64,000 nucleotides of DNA, taken from Eledone cirrhosa (lineage: Eukaryota). The position numbers and the translations under genes are program-made. The stretch lies in contig OZ024741.1 of assembly GCA_964016885.1 (NCBI GenBank), positions 10,850,001 through 10,914,000 of the forward strand. Direction: 5' to 3'. Positions 61,931 to 64,000 of this stretch are shown piece by piece. The notes beneath the pieces were generated by a model. The model made no database searches and was not told the origin of the DNA. It saw only the letters and a list, made by a program, of their open reading frames with translations. The stretch's first letter is position 1, and each line of letters opens with the position of its first letter.

Positions 61931-64000
61931 GTAGATATATTTTACTTTGTACTGTTTACTGTAGACATATTGTTCTTTACACTGTTTACTGTAGATATAT
62001 TGTAGTTTACACTGTTTACTGTAGATATATTGTACTTTTTACGGTTTACTGTAGATATATTGTACTTTATACTATTTACTGTAGACATATTTTACTTTAC
62101 ACTGTTTACTGTAGACATATTGTTCTTTACACTGTTTACTGTAGATATATTGTAGTTTACACTGTTTACTGTAGATATATTGTACGTTACACTGTTCACT
62201 GTAGATATATTGTACTTTACACTGTTTACTGAAGATATATTGAACGTTATACTGTTTACTGTAGATATATTGTACTTTACACTGTTTACTGTAGATATAT
62301 TGTACTTTATACTGTTTACTGTAGACATATCGTACCTTATACTGTTTACTGTAGATATATTGTACTTTACACTGTAGATATATTGTACGTTACATTCTTC
62401 ACTGTAGATGTATTGTACTTTTTACTGTCACTGTAGGTATATTGTACTTTACACTGTTTACTGTAGATATATTGTAGTTTACACTGTTTACTGTAGATAT
62501 ATTGTACGTTACACTGTTCACTGTAGATATATTATACTTTACACTGTTTACAGTAGATACATTGTACTTTACACGGTTTACTGTACATATATTGTACTTT
62601 ACACTGTTTATAGTAGATATATTGTACTTTACATTATTTACTGTAGATATATTCTACTTTACACTGTTCATTGGAGATATATTGTACTTTACACTGTTTA
62701 CAGTAGATATACTGTACTTTACACTGTTTACTGTAGATATATTGTATTTTATACTGTTTACTGTAGACATATTGTACTTTATACTGTTTACTGTAGATAT
62801 ATTGTACTTTACACTGTTTACTGTAGATATATTGTGCTTAACACTGTTTACAGTAGATATATTGTAATTTACACTGTTTACTGTAGATATATTGTAGTTT
62901 ACACTGTTTACTGTAGATATATTGTACTTTATACTGTTTACTGTAGATATATTGTACTTTACACTGTTTACTGTAGATATATTGTACTTTATACTGTTTA
63001 ATGTAGACATATTGTACTTTATACTGTTTACTGTAGATATATTTACTTTACACTGTAGATATATTGTACTTTATACTGTCACTGTAGGTGTAATGTACTT
63101 TACACTGTTTACTGTAGATATATTGTAGTTTACACTGTTAACTGTAGATATATTGTACTTTACACTGTTTACTGTAGATATATTGTACTTTATACTGTTT
63201 ACTGTAGACATGTTGTACTTTACACTGTTTACTGTAGATATATTGTAGTTTATACTGTTTACTGTAGACATATCGTACCTTATACTGTTTACTGTAGATA
63301 TATTGTACTTTACACTGTAGATATATTGTACGTTACATTGTTCACTGTAGATGTATTGTACTTTTTACTGTCACTGTAGGTATATTGTACTTTACACTGT
63401 TTACTGTAGATATATTGTACTTTACACTGTTTACTGTAGATATTTTGTACTTTACACTGTTTACTGTAGATATATTGTATGTTATACTGTTTACTGTAGA
63501 TATATAGTACTTTATACTGTTTACTGTAGATATATTGTACTTTATACTGTTTACTGTAGATATATTGTACTTTATACTGTTTACTGTAGACATATCGTAC
63601 CTTATACTCTTTACTGTAGATATATTGTACTTTACACTGTAGATATATTGTACGTTACATTGTTCACTGTAGATGTATTGTACTTTTTACTGTCACTGTA
63701 GGTATATTGTACTTTACACTGTTTACTGTAGATATATTGTACTTTACACTGTTTACTGTAGATATTTTGTACTTTACACTGTTTACTGTAGATATATTGT
63801 ATGTTATACTGTTTACTGTAGATATATAGTACTTTATACTGTTACTGTAGATATATTGTACTTTATACTGTTTACTGTAGATATATTGTACTCTTCACTC
63901 TTTACTGTAGATATATTTATGTTACACTGTTTACAGTAGATACATTGTACTTTACACTGTTTACTGTAGATATATTGTACTTTATACTGTTTAATGTAGA

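Larger units (their letters stand above)
1..64000. repeat. Tandem satellite array, 30-bp monomer ACTGTAGATATATTGTACTTTAYACTGTTT, ~2,100 copies, running to both window edges
   Basis: The 30-bp period is visible on essentially every 60-nt line (two monomers per line). Monomers typically differ from consensus by 0-3 substitutions, with occasional 21-, 23-, 29- and 31-bp variants. No non-repeat interruption and no orientation switch were seen. Confidence 0.99.

Noticed and set aside
118-63939. Hundreds of ORFs with decapeptide repeats (LFTVDILYF[T/I], YCRYIVLYTV, STVNS[V/I]KYNI, QYIYSKQCKV), up to 399 aa
   Set aside because: A 30-bp unit is a multiple of three and four frames lack stops in the consensus. 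The ORFs overlap on both strands, have no unique domain and are broken by frequent frameshifts and stops. There is no sign of coding selection; only Ribo-seq or proteomics could overturn this.
1-64000. CRISPR array (30-bp repeat length)
   Set aside because: The repeats directly abut with no unique spacers, and there is no leader or cas gene.
1-64000. Cassette library for antigenic variation or a diversity-generating retroelement
   Set aside because: There is no expression locus, reverse transcriptase or recombinase, and no evident adenine-specific variation. Variants are inherited in blocks, as expected for satellite turnover.
1-64000. Telomeric repeat array or rolling-circle/sequencing concatemer
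   Set aside because: It lacks a G-rich telomerase-type motif. Variants are ordered and faithfully copied across multi-kb blocks, which is not expected from template-copied repeats or random read errors.
1-64000. Promoter, TATA or splice-like motifs (TATA, TTTACTGTAG, AGGTAT)
   Set aside because: These are expected by chance in an AT-rich repeat and have no associated gene or exon.
1-64000. Assignment to a named satellite family or organism; hidden transposon or inversion
   Set aside because: I do not recognise the monomer with confidence and cannot run a search. No non-repeat insert or reverse-orientation segment was seen on reading through.

Overview
The whole 64-kb window is one uninterrupted, head-to-tail, single-orientation array of about 2,100 copies of an AT-rich (~25% GC) 30-bp monomer, consensus ACTGTAGATATATTGTACTTTAYACTGTTT. 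It looks like eukaryotic satellite (heterochromatic) DNA, but I cannot assign a family or species. I see no credible protein-coding gene, RNA gene, transposon or CRISPR array. All listed ORFs are by-products of the 30-bp period, which leaves four of six frames open in the consensus. The informative signal is the order of diagnostic variant monomers, which reveals a nested hierarchy. Sub-repeats of 7-12 bp build the 30-mer; variant monomers form ordered cassettes and 150-390-bp local duplications; these build ~1.0/1.8-kb higher-order units; and those sit inside multi-kb duplications with offsets of 9,936, 9,613, 6,330-6,360, ~5.2-5.5 kb, 4.2-4.5 kb and 11,698 bp. The last ~9 kb is more diverged. 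Duplication boundaries were read by eye from ORF-track offsets and shared variants and are approximate. I found no evidence of a novel gene-encoded system; the noteworthy biology is the satellite's architecture.
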